The notes: a model not told the origin generated them from the letters alone. A stretch of DNA of 64,000 nucleotides from Candidatus Omnitrophota bacterium (GCA_023247055.1 JAHFHF010000002.1:16710-80709); one strand, 5' to 3'. Numbered from the stretch's first letter, positions 9,138 through 21,056 are shown. Numbers and translations are program-made.

Positions 9138-9172
9138 ACAAAAAGGGCTTACGGCAGAAGCCGCAAGCCCTT
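9138..9172 (-). terminator. Rho-independent terminator after tRNA-fMet
   Basis: Minus strand aagggcttgcggc-ttct-gccgtaagccc followed by a T run. Confidence 0.75.
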
Positions 9173-9180
9173 GCTGGGAT

Positions 9181-9476
<296 letters not shown>

Positions 9477-9483
<7 letters not shown>

Positions 9484-9541
9484 ACGAAATCTCATTTCAG
9501 AGGAAGCGCGGGACTGCTGCGCTTGCCCCGCGACGAAATCT
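9477..9541. repeat. 16-bp direct repeat duplicating the tRNA leader/5' acceptor junction
   Basis: ccccgcgacgaaatct at 9477-9492 and 9526-9541. Confidence 0.85.
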
Positions 9542-9618
9542 TACTCGACAATCAAAGATCATAGACCTCTCGCGCAGGTAAACTTCCGGGGAAACGAGAA
9601 CCATGCGGAGAGATTTAT

Positions 9619-9647
9619 AGTATAGGCCTGGGAAGGCTCTATTGCAA
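9619..9647 (-). promoter_or_regulatory. Sigma70 promoter for tRNA-fMet
   Basis: TTGCAA-17 nt-TATACT on the minus strand. Confidence 0.75.
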
Positions 9648-9655
9648 TGAGTTTA

Positions 9656-10039
9656 TTAGCGTGAATCGGGCTGCAAAAGGTCGCTGATTTGCTGCGTTAA
9701 CGCTCTGACGTCAAAGGGTTTACCGATAAGGGCAAATTTACGTTCTTTACTGAGCGGAGCCGGCGGCCGGTCCTGGGCCAGGCTCGACATAAAAATCACG
9801 GGAATTTTAGAATCCAACCCCTCCATCACGAGATCGGTATAAAGGCTGGTGCCGTCTTCTTCACCCAGCACAATGTCCAGCATAAGCAGATCGGGTTTTT
9901 CTTTGCGGATCAATTCGCGGCATTCGATGCCGTTGGTGGCGGAAGAAACACGAAAGCGGTCTTTTGAAAACTGAATGCGGATCAGTTCATGAATGGCCCA
10001 TTCATCATCCACAATCAAAATCAGCGGCTTTTTACCCAT
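9656..10039 (-). CDS. Single-domain response regulator
   Basis: ILIVDD, PDLLMLDI, IFMSS, KPFD. Confidence 0.9.
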   Translation of the reverse strand: MGKKPLILIVDDEWAIHELIRIQFSKDRFRVSSATNGIECRELIRKEKPDLLMLDIVLGEEDGTSLYTDLVMEGLDSKIPVIFMSSLAQDRPPAPLSKERKFALIGKPFDVRALTQQISDLLQPDSR

Positions 10040-10093
10040 ACAGGTCTCCTGCTTTAATTGTACCCGGAAGCTTTAGCGGCGGGAATGAAAATT

Positions 10094-11782
10094 TTAGGCA
10101 GGGCGCGCGGCGGTGTCTTTAGGAAGACCGAGGAAAAAGCCCTGGCCATGGGTGACGCCGGCTTTTTTGACACAGTCTAAATCAGCCTGAGTTTCGATGC
10201 CTTCAGCGACAGTCTCGATGCCGAGACTGGCCGTAATTTTGACGATGCGCTGAAGTGTCCGCTGGAGGGCCTCATCCGACGCCACACCGGTAATAAGGCG
10301 GCGGCTGATTTTGACAATATCCGGTTTTAAAATCACAAGGCCTTCCAGGGCATTGCGGCCGAGCCCCACGCCGGAAAGCGCCACTTTGAATCCCGCGTTA
10401 CGGATTTCTTTGATAGGAGTTTCCAGGTAGCCGGGATCTCCCACAATGTGTTTTTCGCTGAATTCAAGGCAAAGGCGGCTGCCCGCAGCCGATTCACGGA
10501 TATCATGAATGATCCGTCCTGCCGAGAGTTCAACGACAGTGGCGGGAAACAAATTGATCATGACCGCGCCTGGAGTTCGAATGTCCGCAGCGGCTTGCAG
10601 GCATTTTCTAAAACAGGCATGATCGACGGCCGTCATAATGTTGGCTTCATGCGCCAGATAAAAAAAAACGTTGGGCAAATTTGCCTCCGCATGCTGCAGG
10701 CGCGAAAATAATTCATAGCCCCAAAGACTTTTGTGGTCTAGCACCACGATCGGCTGGGCCAGGGTATAAAAGTCCTTGCCTTCGTCCAGCAGTTTAAGAA
10801 TACGCTGGCGTTCATTTTCCGGAAAAGCATGCAGGCTGTTGGGCCCGCTCAACAGGGTAATGCGGTCTTTGCCGCTTTTTTTGCTTTCATAAAGCACGCC
10901 GTGCGTGGCTTCGAGCAAAGAATCGATCGTCGCATTTTTTTCAAACAAGGATACAAGGCCGAGACTGGCCGTGACATGAAAGGCGTTCCCCTGCGGGGCT
11001 GCAAAGGAAGCCCCTGAGATATTGTCTTTGAGGTGATGCGCTACGCGCAGCGCCTCTTCTTCGGACGTGCGCGGCAGCAGCACCAAAAATTCGTCACCGC
11101 CGATACGGGCCACTTTGTCGGTCGTCCGCAGTGAGCCGGCAATGATACGGGCCAATTCCCTGATAACCTGGTCGCCAAAAGCATGGCCGAAAACATCATT
11201 GATTTTTTTAAAATCGTCGAGATCGAGAAAAAAAATGTGTGCCGTCTCGCCGTAACGGTCATCTTGGGCCATCGCCTCTTTGAGTGCGGCCTGAAAACCC
11301 CGGCGGTTGAGCAGGCCGGTCAGCGGGTCTTTGACCACCAACTCCTGTAAAAGGCCGTTATAATCGCGCAGCTGTTGTTTATAACGATGGCGTTCGACCG
11401 CATAACTCAAAACGCGCTCGAGCAGTTCCGTGGTTAATTCGTTTTTAGGAATAAAATCTTCGGCGCCGCGTGAAAGCGCTTCACGAGCGATTTCTTTATC
11501 TTGCAAGCCGGTCAAAATCACCATGGCCAGAAAGGGCGCGGCTTGCCGCAGATTAAGAAAAGTATCCAGCGCTTTGCTGTCCGACAGAAAAAGATCAAGC
11601 AAGACAAGGTCATAGCTGCCTGACTGGGCTTTGGAGGTTCCTTCAGCAAGCGTGGACGCGGTGTCCCAAGTGCAGGAAAAAGCCGTCATTTTCCGCAGGC
11701 TTTTTTCGATAAGCAGGCGGTCATCGGCGTCATCTTCCACGATTAAAACCCGCAGTGCCGTATCCGAAACTAAAAGTTTCAT
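10094..11782 (-). CDS. REC-GGDEF-EAL protein (intact GGDEF, degenerate EAL)
   Basis: REC domain, DPLTGLLNRR, RTTD I-site, GGDEF; EAL domain has ELFSR and ALSGVGLG in place of ALDDFGTG; start placed at ATG 11782 overlapping the upstream stop. Confidence 0.9.
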   Translation of the reverse strand: MKLLVSDTALRVLIVEDDADDRLLIEKSLRKMTAFSCTWDTASTLAEGTSKAQSGSYDLVLLDLFLSDSKALDTFLNLRQAAPFLAMVILTGLQDKEIAREALSRGAEDFIPKNELTTELLERVLSYAVERHRYKQQLRDYNGLLQELVVKDPLTGLLNRRGFQAALKEAMAQDDRYGETAHIFFLDLDDFKKINDVFGHAFGDQVIRELARIIAGSLRTTDKVARIGGDEFLVLLPRTSEEEALRVAHHLKDNISGASFAAPQGNAFHVTASLGLVSLFEKNATIDSLLEATHGVLYESKKSGKDRITLLSGPNSLHAFPENERQRILKLLDEGKDFYTLAQPIVVLDHKSLWGYELFSRLQHAEANLPNVFFYLAHEANIMTAVDHACFRKCLQAAADIRTPGAVMINLFPATVVELSAGRIIHDIRESAAGSRLCLEFSEKHIVGDPGYLETPIKEIRNAGFKVALSGVGLGRNALEGLVILKPDIVKISRRLITGVASDEALQRTLQRIVKITASLGIETVAEGIETQADLDCVKKAGVTHGQGFFLGLPKDTAARPA

Positions 11783-12888
11783 GCAGCTCCCTTCGCCGAC
11801 GCCAATGTATTTTGTTTGGGCAGCGTGATGATGAAAGAGGACCCTTCTCCAACCTTGCTTTCGGCCCGGATGTCGCCCTGGTGCGCGGCGAGGATGCCTT
11901 TGCAAATAGCGAGGCCAAGGCCGGAACCCTTTTCGCCTTTTTCTGTTTTTGTGCGGCCAAACTGCCTGAACTTATCAAAAATTTTATCGATCTTTTCCGC
12001 CGACAGGCCGGGCCCGGTATCGCGGACCATGCAGGTCACGTTTTCTGGACCGTCCGTCAACTCGACCTCGACCGAACCTTTAGCTGTAAACTTGAGGGCA
12101 TTGCTGAGCAAATTGACGAAGACTTGTTCAAGTTTTTCTTCATCGGCTGTCACGAAGCAATGTTCAGGCGTCTTCAGTTTGAGCATGAGATTGAGCCGCT
12201 TGGCGTGTTCCTGATAAAAAAGCAGGGTCTTGCGCAAAAGCGCTGCCAGATCAAAATAGGTTTTTTTAAGTTCAATATGGCCGAGTTCAAGGCGGGTTAG
12301 ATCCAGCAGATCATCGATAACATGATTGAGCCGGCCCAGCGTTTTTTTAACCAGCTGCAAGTACTTGGTTTGTTCGCCGTTCAAATTTCCAAAGGTTCCT
12401 TTGACCGTTAAGTCCAGAAATTCTCCGGCCACAATCAAGGGCGAGCGAAGTTCGTGTACGACCATGCTGACAAATTCCGTGCGCATTTTTTCAAGATTAA
12501 AGCGTTCCAGCGCAAAACGGATCACCTGTTGAAACTGGATCTGGCTGATCTTGCCCTTGGTCAAATAATCCTGCGCGCCTTCGCGGATGGCCCTTAATGC
12601 TATAGCTTCATCGTTTAAACCGGAGCAAATGATAATGGGCAGGTGGCGGGCCAAGGTATACATCTGACGGAAAGTCTCAATGCCGCGGCTGTCAGGCAGC
12701 GAAAGGTCGAGAAGAATGACCTGAGTCGGGACTTCTTGCAAAAGGCGCATGGCCTCAGCCAGCGTGCCGGCCACAGCCACTTTAAACATTTGTCCTTCCC
12801 GGCTGCTGCGCTCGAGCATTTTGCGAATAAGGAGAGCATCATCCTCATCGTCATCCACGAGCAGGATATAAATGTCATCAGAATTCAT
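11779..12888 (-). CDS. REC-HisKA-HATPase hybrid histidine kinase
   Basis: LLVDDD, VHELRSPL, NLLSNALKF, DTGPG, GSGLGL. Confidence 0.92.
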   Translation of the reverse strand: MNSDDIYILLVDDDEDDALLIRKMLERSSREGQMFKVAVAGTLAEAMRLLQEVPTQVILLDLSLPDSRGIETFRQMYTLARHLPIIICSGLNDEAIALRAIREGAQDYLTKGKISQIQFQQVIRFALERFNLEKMRTEFVSMVVHELRSPLIVAGEFLDLTVKGTFGNLNGEQTKYLQLVKKTLGRLNHVIDDLLDLTRLELGHIELKKTYFDLAALLRKTLLFYQEHAKRLNLMLKLKTPEHCFVTADEEKLEQVFVNLLSNALKFTAKGSVEVELTDGPENVTCMVRDTGPGLSAEKIDKIFDKFRQFGRTKTEKGEKGSGLGLAICKGILAAHQGDIRAESKVGEGSSFIITLPKQNTLASAKGAA

Positions 12889-13058
12889 GAAAATTCCCTT
12901 GTATCCTATTTTACGCTACAGATCCCGGCCTTGCCTAGCGCCGATTGCTGTTATCGAACTAAGGCAAACCCCTAGCTCGATCTCAGGAATCCCCTGAGTT
13001 GAAAAAAGAAATTGGCTTTCCCAAACCCCGCTGAAAGTAAGATAATAAAGATTACGTT

Positions 13059-14894
13059 ATGGGGATCTGGCTCAAAAAAATTAGTGCACTCCCTTTTCAA
13101 AGCGGACCCTGGGCCCTCTGCTTCCGCGGGCTGCTCATCGCCGCGATTTTAGTTCCGGTTGCGGGCGTAGGCTCGATCAATTATTTTACAACCCGCGATA
13201 CACTCACCAAGACCGCTATGTCCCGGCGGCAATCAACGGCCTTTCTCGCGGCCGCCACCCTCAAAGAGCGCTTTAAGCGAATGCATGACGTCGCGCAGTT
13301 GGCGCTGGCCAGCCGTGTGCAATTCTATGACATGCTGAAAACCCGGCGCTGGAGCGAGGCCGGCAAACTGCTTAACACGCTGCCATCCGATTTGCCTTTC
13401 GTCGACCGCATTTTGCTGGCAGGCTCTAAAGGCAATATCAACAACGAAACCGGGCTCATCAGCGATTTTGAAGAAAAAGATCCGGATTTTGCCGCTTGGC
13501 GCGAGACCTTGGCCAAAGAAGGCAAACCCTATATTTCAAATATTTACCGTACTGAAGACAATGCCAGCACGCGCAATGTCATTGCCCTGGCCGTTCCTCT
13601 GCGCCCTTCTTCTGTGCAAAATCTGGAAGGTGTTCTGCTGCTCGAAGTCAGCCTTGACACCTTACTGCGATGGGCTCAGGAAATTGATGTCGGGATCGAC
13701 GGATTTCTTTATTTTGTCGACCGTAAAGGGCATGTGGCCGGGCATCCCCAGTATCCTTCGCAAGCAGAAATCATTGATTTTTCTGCGCTTCCGGAAGTCC
13801 AAAAGGTTTTACGCGGAGAAAGCGGCGTCGGGACTTTTCGCAGCCCTGTGAGCAGCGAGAAGCACGTTGTGGCTTATGAGCCTGTCTCCGGTTATGGCTG
13901 GGGCGTCATAGTGGGCCAGCCTGTAAGCGCGGCTTTTGCCGTGCGCAACCATTTCATGAAGCGCCTGCTCTGGATTTACGCCGTCATTTTTGTGCTGGGC
14001 TGCGGGCTGACGCTTTTCATGCTTTACGCTATCCGTATCCGGCGTGAGACTGAAGCAGCGCTCAAAAAAGCGCATGACGAGTTGGAAGTCAAGGTGGATG
14101 AGCGCACGCACGAACTCGCGTGCTCCAATGACATTCTGCGGCATGAAATCAAACGGCGCCAAAATGCCGAAGATTCCTTGCATGATGCGGTCGATAAACT
14201 TAAAGAATCCAATCAGGAACTGGAGCAGTTTGCCTTCGTCGCCTCGCACGACCTGCAAGAACCCTTGCGGAAAATCTCCGCTTTCGGCGATCTTCTGGAC
14301 AAAGTCCAGGGCCTCGATACCGAAGGCCGTGACTATGTTCAACGCATGCGCAGCGCAGCGCTGCGCATGAGCGATCTTATCAAAAGCCTGCTGGAACTTT
14401 CACGGGTGACCTCGCAGGCAAAACCGTTTGAGCCCATTGATCTCAAAAGCGTCATTCAGAACGTGCTCTCAGACTTGGATATGCTGATTGCTGAATCCAA
14501 AGCGTCTGTCAAAATCTTGGGCGACTGGCCGGTGCTGAAGGCTGATCCGATTCAGATCCGGCAGCTTTTCAGCAATTTGATCTCCAACGCGATTAAATTT
14601 CATAAAAAAGATGCGGCGCCGAAAGTCGTGATCACATGCCGTATCGCCGATCAAGAACGTTCAAAATCCGTTTCGATTGATTTCACAGATGAAGGCGTAG
14701 GATTTGATATGCGGTTCAAGGATGAAATCTTTCATCCGTTCCGCCGGCTGCACCGGCGTGAAGAATATGACGGCAGCGGCATGGGCCTTGCCATCTGCTA
14801 CAAGATCGCCGCCCGGCATGGCGCAAAAATTTCGGTGAAGAGCGAACCGGACAAAGGTTCGACATTTACCGTCACCTTCCTAAAAATCTTCTAA
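13059..14894 (+). CDS. Membrane sensor histidine kinase with Cache-type extracytoplasmic domain
   Basis: Two TMs, PYIS and YFVDRKG..AGHP Cache features, SHDLQEPLR, NLISNAIKF, GSGMGL. Confidence 0.92.
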   Translation: MGIWLKKISALPFQSGPWALCFRGLLIAAILVPVAGVGSINYFTTRDTLTKTAMSRRQSTAFLAAATLKERFKRMHDVAQLALASRVQFYDMLKTRRWSEAGKLLNTLPSDLPFVDRILLAGSKGNINNETGLISDFEEKDPDFAAWRETLAKEGKPYISNIYRTEDNASTRNVIALAVPLRPSSVQNLEGVLLLEVSLDTLLRWAQEIDVGIDGFLYFVDRKGHVAGHPQYPSQAEIIDFSALPEVQKVLRGESGVGTFRSPVSSEKHVVAYEPVSGYGWGVIVGQPVSAAFAVRNHFMKRLLWIYAVIFVLGCGLTLFMLYAIRIRRETEAALKKAHDELEVKVDERTHELACSNDILRHEIKRRQNAEDSLHDAVDKLKESNQELEQFAFVASHDLQEPLRKISAFGDLLDKVQGLDTEGRDYVQRMRSAALRMSDLIKSLLELSRVTSQAKPFEPIDLKSVIQNVLSDLDMLIAESKASVKILGDWPVLKADPIQIRQLFSNLISNAIKFHKKDAAPKVVITCRIADQERSKSVSIDFTDEGVGFDMRFKDEIFHPFRRLHRREEYDGSGMGLAICYKIAARHGAKISVKSEPDKGSTFTVTFLKIF

Positions 14895-14903
14895 TCCACG
14901 CCC

Positions 14904-14998
14904 GTCATCCTGTTTGCCCGCCGACGCTTTAGTGGCTGGATCGAAGCGCCCGCCCAACAGATTGGCGGATCCGCCAGTTTGTGAGGTGGAAAGGATCT
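14904..14998 (+). repeat. GTCATCC...AAGGATCT palindromic repeat half-element with an expanded interior
   Basis: Ends match the copies at 31495 and 61838; lies between convergent genes. Confidence 0.5.
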
Positions 14999-15005
14999 TG
15001 CTTTT

Positions 15006-16879
<1,874 letters not shown>

Positions 16880-16882
<3 letters not shown>

Positions 16883-17470
16883 GGCCCGGTCTTGCGCCAG
16901 ACGGCGCAGAGCTTCAGGATAAATTTCATATTCGGCAGCATGGATCCGGGCTTCGAAAGTTTCGAGCGTGTCATCGGGCAAAAGAGGCACTTTGCGCTGC
17001 AGGATGACCGGTCCGGCGTCCACAGCCGGGGTCACAAAATGCACGGTGACTCCGGTACCGGCTTCAAGCGGCCTTGCTTTGAAGGCATCTGCAATGGCAT
17101 GCCCTCCCGGAAAAGCCGGCAGGTATGAGGGATGAATATTGATCAGCCGGCCTGAATAGCGATTCACAAAATCCGCACTTAAAATCCGCATAAAACCTGC
17201 CAGCGCGATAAAATCAACGGCATGCTTTTCAAGCTCTGCCACAATGGCCTGCTCAAAAAATTCCTTCGAAGCAAATAGATCGCGGTCAATTAGCTTGGTT
17301 TCAACCCCGAGCCGGGCCGCACGTTCCAAAGCTTTTGCGCCCGGCTTGTCGCAAATGACAATCGCGGCTTCATACGGCAAGCGTTGTTCGCGGATCTTCA
17401 GCACCAGATTTTCCATGTTGGTGCCGCCGCCCGAAACAAAAACCGCCAATTTTTTGATGCAAGCATTCAT
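16880..17470 (-). CDS. purN: Phosphoribosylglycinamide formyltransferase
   Basis: VSGGGTN, LAGFMRIL, NIHPSYLP, VDAGPVI; start placed at ATG 17470. Confidence 0.95.
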
Positions 17471-17484
17471 AAATTTTTTTATTT

Positions 17485-17581
17485 TGTCATTGCGAGGAGT
17501 CTCACCGCTTTTGGGTAGACGACGAAGCAATCTATTTAAGATGGCTTCACCCATCACAAAACTCGACGGTCCGCAATGACA
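17485..17581. repeat. TGTCATTGCG...GAAGCAATC...CGCAATGACA palindromic element
   Basis: Terminal inverted repeat tgtcattgcg/cgcaatgaca; same family at 23130 and 27299. Confidence 0.75.
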
Positions 17582-17595
17582 AATGGGGTTAAACT

Positions 17596-18279
17596 TTATT
17601 CAAGGACCGCTTTCTGGTCTTTACCGGCAATCACAATCACAAATTCCCCGCGCGGCGTTTGTTTTTCGAATTTTTTGACAAGTGCGCTTAAACGGCCGCG
17701 GGCAATTTCCTCGAATTTCTTCGTGATCTCACGCGCGACAGCCGCTTCGCGGTCACCAAAAACCTGGAGCGCATCACTCAAAAACTGCGGAATGCGAAAA
17801 GGCGATTCATAAAAAACCAGTGTATCCTCCCTGTCCGCAACTCCGGCCATGACTTTACGGCGCTGAGCGCCCTTGTTGGGTAGAAACCCCAGAAATGAAA
17901 ACTGGTTGACCGCCAGGCCGCTTGCGGCCAGCGCACACAGCAGCGCGCTGGCTCCGGGCAAGGCTTCCACACGCACGCCGCGCCGCAGGGCCTCGCGCAC
18001 CAGCGGAAAACCGGGGTCGGAAATCAGGGGCGTTCCCGCATCGCTCACAAGCGCCAGATTTTCCCCGTGCTCCAAGCGCTCGGCAATCTGCGCCGCGCAC
18101 TGCGGGCCGCTGTGGTCATGAAAACTGATCAGGGGTTTCTTGATTTCATAATGCTGCAGCAGCCGGCCCGTATGGCGCGTGTCTTCACAAATAACGGCGT
18201 CCGCCGATTTGAGCACTTCAAGCGCGCGCAAGGTCACGTCTTTTAAATTGCCGATGGGCGTAGGAACAATCGTGAGCAC
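17596..18279 (-). CDS. rsmI: 16S rRNA C1402 2'-O-methyltransferase
   Basis: TPIGNL.D.T.RA, CEDTR, SDAGTPLISDPG, RE.TK.FEE; start placed at GTG 18279. Confidence 0.95.
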   Translation of the reverse strand: MLTIVPTPIGNLKDVTLRALEVLKSADAVICEDTRHTGRLLQHYEIKKPLISFHDHSGPQCAAQIAERLEHGENLALVSDAGTPLISDPGFPLVREALRRGVRVEALPGASALLCALAASGLAVNQFSFLGFLPNKGAQRRKVMAGVADREDTLVFYESPFRIPQFLSDALQVFGDREAAVAREITKKFEEIARGRLSALVKKFEKQTPRGEFVIVIAGKDQKAVLE

Positions 18280-18283
18280 AAAC

Positions 18284-19396
18284 TCAGCGCTGCCGTTCGA
18301 GGACGTAATCGAGCAGTTTCTCGAGGCTGTGCTTGGCGGGCGATGCGGGAAAAGGCTGAAGGGCCTGACGGGCCTCGGCGCTGAATTGCCGCGCTTTTTC
18401 AAACGCATAATCCAGGGTTTTAGCGCCGCGAATTTTTTCAAGCAGGGCTCGCAGCCGGCCGGCATCGCCGGATTCAAACACCGCCTGGATCTCCGCTCGC
18501 ACAGACGCCCCGGAGCAAGCCAGAAGACGGATGAGCGGCAGGGTCAAAACCCCTGCTTCGAGATCAGCGCCCAGCGTTTTGCCAAATTCATGCTCATTGC
18601 CGGTAAAATCCAGGCAGTCGTCGACAATCTGAAAAGCCATGCCGAAGGCATGGCCAAAACGGCTGAGCGCTGCCGCTTCCTCAGTGCTGCAGCCGGCATA
18701 ACGCGCGCCCGATTCAAGCGCACAGGCCAGAAGCACGGCTGTTTTCTTGCGGATAATTTCAAAATACTCTTCTTCGGTCAAACCGAAATTTTTATTTTGA
18801 CTCAACTCGTGAATTTCACCGTCGCAGACTTCTGCGGCAGTTTTCAAAAAAAGCGAAAAGACTTCGCGGCTTCCTTCCGTGTGGATAACTTCGAGCGCTT
18901 TATCGTGCAGATAATCCCCAACCAGCACTGCCGTCGGCGCACCCCATTTCACATTGATGGTGGGAATATTGCGGCGCAAATAAGCGGAATCGATAATGTC
19001 GTCATGGATCAGCGTTGCCGCGTGAAAGATTTCATAGGAAGCGGAAAGCCGGACCAAAGGCGGGAATGATATGCCGCCAACAGCGGCATAGACATCGCTG
19101 TCTTTGCCGCCGAGCAAAGGCGAGAATGACACACCGCCAACAGCGGCGTGTACATGACTGTCTTTGCCTCCGTGCAAAGGAGGATGAATTTGCGCGGAAT
19201 AAACCGGCTGTTTTAACGCTGCCCCCAAGAGCGTCAGGGCCGGACGCAGCAGCTTGCCTTTGCCTGAAAAAAAATACTGAATGACTTCGGACGCCAGCGC
19301 ATTGGACGTGCCCAAAACCTCAATCAGCGCGGCCGGAACCTTTTCAATCGAGGCTTCAATCGGAGCATAGATTTCTTCAAGAGTTATGGTTTGCAT
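18284..19396 (-). CDS. Polyprenyl diphosphate synthase (IspB/HepT-like) with a ~45-aa repeat-derived insertion
   Basis: GKLLRP, HDDIID...RR, GDYL, KTA, FQIVDDCLD; insertion between GKLLRP and the first DDxxD motif. Confidence 0.92.
   Translation of the reverse strand: MQTITLEEIYAPIEASIEKVPAALIEVLGTSNALASEVIQYFFSGKGKLLRPALTLLGAALKQPVYSAQIHPPLHGGKDSHVHAAVGGVSFSPLLGGKDSDVYAAVGGISFPPLVRLSASYEIFHAATLIHDDIIDSAYLRRNIPTINVKWGAPTAVLVGDYLHDKALEVIHTEGSREVFSLFLKTAAEVCDGEIHELSQNKNFGLTEEEYFEIIRKKTAVLLACALESGARYAGCSTEEAAALSRFGHAFGMAFQIVDDCLDFTGNEHEFGKTLGADLEAGVLTLPLIRLLACSGASVRAEIQAVFESGDAGRLRALLEKIRGAKTLDYAFEKARQFSAEARQALQPFPASPAKHSLEKLLDYVLERQR
19054..19190 (-). repeat. In-frame 60-bp tandem repeat inside the polyprenyl synthase, homologous to the intergenic 58-bp module
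   Basis: ccgccaacagcggc at 19074 and 19134 (period 60); encodes PPLHGGKDSHVHAAVGGVSF / SPLLGGKDSDVYAAVGGISF / PPL. Confidence 0.9.
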
Positions 19397-19683
19397 TACT
19401 GACACCCGCCTGGTTTGCAATCTTTGGAAGGTTTCGAGGGTGCGGGACTCGTACCAGCGCCGCCTTTCGTGTCTTTGCTTGCGGCCTCTTTATAACTTTT
19501 GGAGCGGTAATCGGTTTCATAAAAACCACTGCCTTTAAAAAGCACGCCCCCGCCGTGGCCGATGACGCGTTTGACCTTCAACTTGCCGCACTTCGGACAT
19601 TTGCGGATGGGCTCGGCTTTAATGGATTGAAACTGCTCAAAGACATGGCTGCAAGCTTCGCAGCGGTAATCATACGTCGGCAT
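19396..19683 (-). CDS. FmdB-family zinc ribbon protein
   Basis: MPTYDYRCEAC...CPKCG...FKGSGFYETDY; GGAGG SD. Confidence 0.9.
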   Translation of the reverse strand: MPTYDYRCEACSHVFEQFQSIKAEPIRKCPKCGKLKVKRVIGHGGGVLFKGSGFYETDYRSKSYKEAASKDTKGGAGTSPAPSKPSKDCKPGGCQ

Positions 19684-19742
19684 CCATTCCTCCAAAAATA
19701 AAACGTTAGGTTATTTTACGATAAATCCGCGGCACCGCAAGG

Positions 19743-20207
19743 CTACAAACGCGCAGGCGCGCTGGACCATTCCCGCTCCCAAAGGCCATTTTTCCAAGTA
19801 AAACAGGCTGCTCCGGCAGTTTCAAAATCTGTTTGGTTAGACGGGCCGGCCAAGGCCGCCGTGAGTTTGGGTAAAAAAGGCATATGGCTGATGATCAGAA
19901 GTCCGCGCACGCCGCTTTGCTGCGCAGCCTCAATCCGGGCCTTGGCGGCTTCCGCGCCGGCTTCCGGAACAAGGTCCACCTGCGTCTGCAGCCGCTTAGG
20001 GTCAAAACCCAAAACTTCCGCGACGGTTTGGGCCGTCTCAACCGCGCGGGCTTTAGGGCTGTGCCAGATGGCGTCGATTGCGGCCTCCGGACGTTTCAAA
20101 TACCCGGCCATCTTCACGACCTCCGCACGGCCGCGCGGACTCAAATGCATCTCGGGATCAATCGAGGGATGCAGAGCTTCTCCATGGCGCATTAAATAAA
20201 GTTTCAT
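19743..20207 (-). CDS. sixA: Phosphohistidine phosphatase SixA
   Basis: LYLMRHGEA, SPKARAVETA, ISHMP. Confidence 0.88.
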   Translation of the reverse strand: MKLYLMRHGEALHPSIDPEMHLSPRGRAEVVKMAGYLKRPEAAIDAIWHSPKARAVETAQTVAEVLGFDPKRLQTQVDLVPEAGAEAAKARIEAAQQSGVRGLLIISHMPFLPKLTAALAGPSNQTDFETAGAACFTWKNGLWEREWSSAPARL

Positions 20208-20223
20208 AGAACCTCTGGATAAA

Positions 20224-20928
20224 TTAAATCAAACCGGCTTCCCGGAAACTGAAATGCTGATTGTCTCCGACAATAATGTGGTCCAGCACGCGAATAGAAA
20301 CCGTATCGCAGGCCGCCTTGATTTTTTCCGTCAACTTGCGGTCTTCAGGACTGGGCTCGACCCTGCCGGAAGGATGATTATGAACCAGAATCAGCGCCGA
20401 TGCAAACCGGTCGAGCGCGGCCTTGACCACCTCGCGCGGATGAACGGCGGCTTCATCAATCGTCCCATGGAAAAGATCGCTTTCTCCAGTGACACGGTTG
20501 GCTTTATCGAGAAAAAGCACTTTAAAAACTTCACGCTTACGGTCGCGCAGCGCGGCATAAAGATACTGAACCACCGCCTGAGGATCACGGATAACATCAC
20601 GGGCGGGAACATCCTCCAGCAGATACCGCTTTGTCAGTTCAGCCACAGCCAGGAGCGCCGCACTTTTAGCGCTGCCCAATCCCTTAATTTTTCCTAACTG
20701 CGCAGCGTCCGCATGCAGCAGCCCGCGCAATCCGCCAAACCGGCCCAGAAGATTCCGCCCCAGCGCCACGGCATCCTGACCGTGTGTGCCGTTGCGAAGC
20801 AGAATTGCCACAAGTTCCGCCTCGCTCAACCGGCCCGCTTCGCCGCCCAACAGGCGCTCCCGGGGCCGCTCTGCCTCCGGCCAGGCTTTGATTCCACAGG
20901 GTGTTTTTGAGTTTGTCACAGTTGTCAT
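20224..20928 (-). CDS. radC: RadC/JAB domain protein
   Basis: ERPRERL, LSEAEL, HhH motif, VHPREV, HNHPSG, LDHIIVG. Confidence 0.93.
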   Translation of the reverse strand: MTTVTNSKTPCGIKAWPEAERPRERLLGGEAGRLSEAELVAILLRNGTHGQDAVALGRNLLGRFGGLRGLLHADAAQLGKIKGLGSAKSAALLAVAELTKRYLLEDVPARDVIRDPQAVVQYLYAALRDRKREVFKVLFLDKANRVTGESDLFHGTIDEAAVHPREVVKAALDRFASALILVHNHPSGRVEPSPEDRKLTEKIKAACDTVSIRVLDHIIVGDNQHFSFREAGLI

Positions 20929-21056
20929 ACCGACTCTCCTTTTGGGTGATTGCAAAAGGTGAGTCACGTGAACACCATGACTTTTACACCGGCTGATTCT
21001 GCGCGAATGAGCCAGGAACCCGGTTGAATTTTAGACTATTTCCGCATGTCCGTTCT

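Noticed and set aside
1-9180. Genomic island integrated at the tRNA-fMet 3' end
   Set aside because: No integrase and no duplicate of the tRNA 3' end seen in the window; a boundary outside the window cannot be excluded.
20960-21000. Possible LexA/SOS box upstream of radC
   Set aside because: Only a GAACA half-site; no match to a complete known box geometry.
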